In this document: positions 28,719 through 32,000 of the stretch, in pieces
How positions within the stretch are numbered: the first letter of the stretch is position 1
Layout of the letters: every line of letters begins with the position of its first letter
From: an uncultured Methanobacteriaceae archaeon
GTDB lineage: Archaea > Methanobacteriota > Methanobacteria > Methanobacteriales > Methanobacteriaceae
Assembly (NCBI GenBank): GCA_963765255.1
Contig: CAVXVI010000001.1
Span: forward strand, 733,983-765,982
Length of the DNA: 32,000 bases
Direction: 5' to 3'
Program-made: the position numbers and the translations under genes
Notes under the pieces: model-generated
Told to the model about the DNA's origin: nothing
The model's input: only the letters and a program-made list of their open reading frames with translations
Databases searched by the model: none

Positions 28719-30635
28719 ATGACAAGTGCAAATTCAAATTCTAACAGTTCATTCAAAGATAAACTTGATTTCAGAAGTTATAAATCTTCTGGAGATATAA
28801 ATGTCCCTGTAAGGATAATAGACCAAATAATAGGTCAAGAAGAAGCTGTTGAAACCGTTATAAAGGCTGCAAAACAGAGGAGAAATGTCCTTTTAATTGG
28901 TGAGCCTGGAATCGGTAAATCAATGCTAGCTAAGGGGATGGCAGAGCTTTTGCCTCCTGAAGAACTTCAAGACATACTAGTATATCCTAATATTGAAGAC
29001 AACCATAACCCGCTTATAGGTGCTATGCCTGCTGGCGAAGGTAAAAAGGTTGTAATGAATTACAAAGTAAAGGCCAAAGGACAAGAAGAAAAGAAGAATA
29101 TGATCATGATGATTGTAATCGGATTTATTCTGGTCGCTGGATTTATAACGGCACAGTATTTAGCAGCTATAATAGCTGCAGGAATTGTTTTACTTGTAAT
29201 TATGCAAATGAAACCACGCAGTACTATAATGGTTCCAAAACTTCTTGTAAACAACGACAGTAAGAGTATTGCTCCTTTCGTTGATGCAACAGGTTCCCAT
29301 GCTGGTGCTTTACTTGGTGATGTAAGGCACGATCCTTATCAATCAGGCGGACTTGGGACACCAGCACACGAACGTGTAGAAGCGGGAATGATTCATCGTT
29401 CAAATAAAGGTGTTTTATATGTCGATGAAATAGGCACCATGCAGATGAAAACTCAGCAAGAACTTTTGACAGCTATGCAGGAGAAAAAGTACTCTATAAC
29501 TGGACAAAGTGAAACCAGCAGTGGAGCTATGGTACGTTCTCAAGAAGTCCCATGTGATTTCGTTTTAGTTGCTTCAGGAAACCTCCAAGTATTAGAGGGA
29601 ATGCATATAGCACTTCGTTCAAGGATAAGAGGTTATGGGTATGAAGTATTCATGAAAGATTCCATGCAAGATACTCCAGAAAATAGGGATAAATTAGTAC
29701 AGTTTATTGCACAAGAAGTTAAAAAGGATGGTAGAATACCTCACTTTAGTAGAGAAGCTGTAGCAGAAATTATTCATGAGGCTCAAAGGAGAGCAGGGAA
29801 AAAGGACACTTTAACTCTCAAATTAAGAGACCTCGGAGGGCTTGTGAGGGCAGCAGGCGATATAGCCAAGGGTGAAGGTGCTGATACAGTAACCGTTGCT
29901 CACGTTATTAGCGCTAAAAAACTTGCAAGAACATTAGAACAGCAAATTGCAGATAGATACATTGTCCAAAGGAAAAAATATAGTGTCTTCAAATCTGAAG
30001 GATGTGAAGTTGGAAGGGTCAATGGACTTGCAATAATAGGTGATAGAAGCGGTATACTTTTACCAATTGCCGCTGAAGCGGCTCCTGCTCAAAGTAAAGA
30101 TGAAGGTAAAATTATAGCAACTGGTAAATTAGGAGATATTGCCAAAGAAGCTGTTCAGAATGTAAGTGCTTTGATTAAGAAAAATACCGGTACCGACATA
30201 TCGAACCATGATATACACATACAGTTCCTCCAAGCATATGATGGGGTTGAAGGAGATAGTGCAAGTGTTTCTATTGCAACTGCAGTTGTTTCTGCACTAG
30301 AAAATGTTCCTGTAGATCAATCAGTTGCATTAACAGGATCCTTAAGTGTTAGGGGTGATGTTATGCCTGTAGGTGGGGTTACAGGTAAGATAGAAGCTGC
30401 CGCAGAAGCTGGAATGAAAAAAGTTCTCATACCTGCATCAAACATGGATGATGTTCTGATTGAAGAAAGATACAAAAACAAGATACAAGTGATCCCTGTG
30501 GAAAACATGAGTGATGTTCTTGAACATGCTTTAATTGGTAATGGTAAAGAAGGTCTCATTGAGAAAATGAAGAAAATTACCGATATTGTACCTCAAGGTA
30601 TTCTCCAAAAACCTCATAAACCTATGACTCACTAA
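28719..30635 (+). CDS. lonB: Archaeal membrane-anchored Lon protease LonB (start revised from 28683)
   Basis: [16 protein letters not shown] Walker A, hydrophobic insert [45 protein letters not shown] Walker B, catalytic [17 protein letters not shown]. The track start lies upstream of the AGGAGG Shine-Dalgarno at 28701-28706. Confidence 0.93.
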   Translation: MTSANSNSNSSFKDKLDFRSYKSSGDINVPVRIIDQIIGQEEAVETVIKAAKQRRNVLLIGEPGIGKSMLAKGMAELLPPEELQDILVYPNIEDNHNPLIGAMPAGEGKKVVMNYKVKAKGQEEKKNMIMMIVIGFILVAGFITAQYLAAIIAAGIVLLVIMQMKPRSTIMVPKLLVNNDSKSIAPFVDATGSHAGALLGDVRHDPYQSGGLGTPAHERVEAGMIHRSNKGVLYVDEIGTMQMKTQQELLTAMQEKKYSITGQSETSSGAMVRSQEVPCDFVLVASGNLQVLEGMHIALRSRIRGYGYEVFMKDSMQDTPENRDKLVQFIAQEVKKDGRIPHFSREAVAEIIHEAQRRAGKKDTLTLKLRDLGGLVRAAGDIAKGEGADTVTVAHVISAKKLARTLEQQIADRYIVQRKKYSVFKSEGCEVGRVNGLAIIGDRSGILLPIAAEAAPAQSKDEGKIIATGKLGDIAKEAVQNVSALIKKNTGTDISNHDIHIQFLQAYDGVEGDSASVSIATAVVSALENVPVDQSVALTGSLSVRGDVMPVGGVTGKIEAAAEAGMKKVLIPASNMDDVLIEERYKNKIQVIPVENMSDVLEHALIGNGKEGLIEKMKKITDIVPQGILQKPHKPMTH

Positions 30636-30657
30636 ACTGTGCCCAAGTATAGATTTG

Positions 30658-30691
30658 AATGAAAGAATATCTTTCATTATTATCCATTTTT
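30658..30691 (+). terminator. Hairpin plus T-run downstream of lonB
   Basis: AATGAAAGA-ATA-TCTTTCATT (9 bp perfect stem, 30658-30678) followed shortly by a T-run, about 22 nt after the lonB stop. Confidence 0.55.
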
Positions 30692-30976
30692 TTATAATAT
30701 CAAAAAATAAATTTTGTAACCCTATTTTTGATTAAATATCACTATTTTACATATCACCATATTACATAGTATTATAAGTGGTGAGAACATATATTTTACA
30801 ATAGAATTAAATTAGATAATTTATTAAATAATATAAAATGTGTTCCTGAATTTCAAATTAAATTATAGGTACTAATTTTTGATTTCAAAGATTTCAATTC
30901 GAAACCTAACAATTATTTTGAGCGTAATTTAACCTATTCTATTTACTGATTTTCAGGAAGCTAAAAGGAAGATAAA

Positions 30977-32000
30977 ATGGAAAAACTTAGATTTAAAGAT
31001 TTAAATATATCTAGCGAAATACAGAGAGCCGTTGAAGATATGGGATTTGAGGAGGCCACTCCAATTCAGACCCTCGCAATACCACATATTCTTGAGGGTA
31101 AAGACGTCACAGGTCAGGCTCAGACAGGAACAGGTAAGACAGCGGCCTTCGGTATACCAATACTGGAGATGGTTGACCCATCCGAAAGGGAACTCCAGGC
31201 AGTAATACTGTGTCCAACCAGAGAACTTGCAATACAAGTTGCAGAGGAACTGAAAAAATTATCAACTTATCTAAAGAGGGTAAATGTACTGCCAATTTAT
31301 GGTGGGCAACCAATCGAAAGACAGATTAAGGCTCTCAGAAAGGGTGTACAGATTATAATAGGTACTCCTGGTAGGGTAATGGATCATATGAGACGCGGAA
31401 CTCTTGATATGGGACATGTGAAGGTTCTTGTTCTCGATGAAGCAGATGAAATGTTAGACATGGGATTCAGGGAAGATATCGAGTTTGTTTTAGATTACAT
31501 ACCTGATCAGAGACAGATATTATTGTTTTCAGCAACTATGTCACCGGATATTTTATATATAACACGAAGATATCAGGATGATCCAGAATTTTTAAAGGTT
31601 GTTCCCAAAGAACTCACAGTTCCAGAGACAGAACAGGTCTACTTCGAAGTTAAAGAAAAAATGAAACTCGATGTATTGTCACGTCTTCTGGATATCAATG
31701 ACTTTAAATTGTCCCTTGTATTCTGTAACACAAAAAGAAGGGTTGACAAACTAGTAAGTCACCTTCAAATCCGAGGATACGCTGCTGACGGTCTTCATGG
31801 AGATATGAGTCAGAGACAAAGAGATAGTGTCATGTCAAAGTTCAGATCTGGAAATATTGAAATCTTAGTTGCAACAGATGTTGCTGCACGTGGAATCGAT
31901 GTGGAAAATGTAGAAGCAGTTTTCAACTATGATGTACCAAATGATGATGAGTATTACGTTCACAGGATCGGAAGAACTGGTAGAGCTGGAAAAACTGGAA
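30977..32000 (+). CDS. DEAD-box RNA helicase, truncated by the right window edge
   Basis: ATG 30977; MEKLRFKDLNISSEIQRAVEDMGFEEATPIQTLAIPHIL, AQTGTGKT, PTREL, DEADEML, SAT, HRIGRTGRAGKTG; open to the window edge. Confidence 0.95.
   Translation, partial: MEKLRFKDLNISSEIQRAVEDMGFEEATPIQTLAIPHILEGKDVTGQAQTGTGKTAAFGIPILEMVDPSERELQAVILCPTRELAIQVAEELKKLSTYLKRVNVLPIYGGQPIERQIKALRKGVQIIIGTPGRVMDHMRRGTLDMGHVKVLVLDEADEMLDMGFREDIEFVLDYIPDQRQILLFSATMSPDILYITRRYQDDPEFLKVVPKELTVPETEQVYFEVKEKMKLDVLSRLLDINDFKLSLVFCNTKRRVDKLVSHLQIRGYAADGLHGDMSQRQRDSVMSKFRSGNIEILVATDVAARGIDVENVEAVFNYDVPNDDEYYVHRIGRTGRAGKTG

Noticed and set aside
31001-31313. Minus-strand ORFs of 78 and 68 aa
   Set aside because: Antisense to the Q-motif/Walker A region of the DEAD-box helicase.

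Overview
This AT-rich archaeal window looks like chromosomal DNA of a pseudomurein-walled methanogen (Methanobacteriales-like). That assignment is inferred from gene content and order, not from a database search. Left to right it carries: the 5' part of serS (-), an amidohydrolase (-), carB and carA (-), rimI (-), a UPF0146-like gene, a Ca-type P-type ATPase and cbiJ (+), the proteasome-activating nucleotidase PAN (-), archaeal MBF1 (+), a DUF356 gene (-), two exported/membrane-anchored proteins of unknown function (-), and three Mur-ligase homologues plus a MraY-like transferase and an ATP-grasp protein (-; a candidate pseudomurein biosynthesis cluster). These are followed by a hydrogenase maturation protease, a SAM methyltransferase and nikR (-), a two-CBS-domain protein (+), tandem tRNA-Gly genes (-), a TrkA-type protein (+), cobyric acid synthase (-), membrane-anchored archaeal LonB (+) and a truncated DEAD-box helicase (+). 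Best second-look items: (1) an unannotated, near-perfect C/D box guide sRNA at about 11039-11096 (-), just 3' of PAN; (2) a methyltransferase whose conserved N-terminus runs upstream of the called start and has only an in-frame ACG codon, 7 nt from an AAGGTG Shine-Dalgarno; (3) a small single-pass membrane protein beside the Mur genes whose external part resembles a POTRA/FtsQ-type domain, with a palindrome at its predicted transcription start; (4) a C-x-C...C-x-C insert in one Mur ligase and an unusual cytoplasmic-loop insert in the MraY-like protein. The pseudomurein Mur/MraY/ATP-grasp cluster is, to my knowledge, already discussed in the literature and is not claimed as new. No CRISPR array, transposase or prophage was seen.
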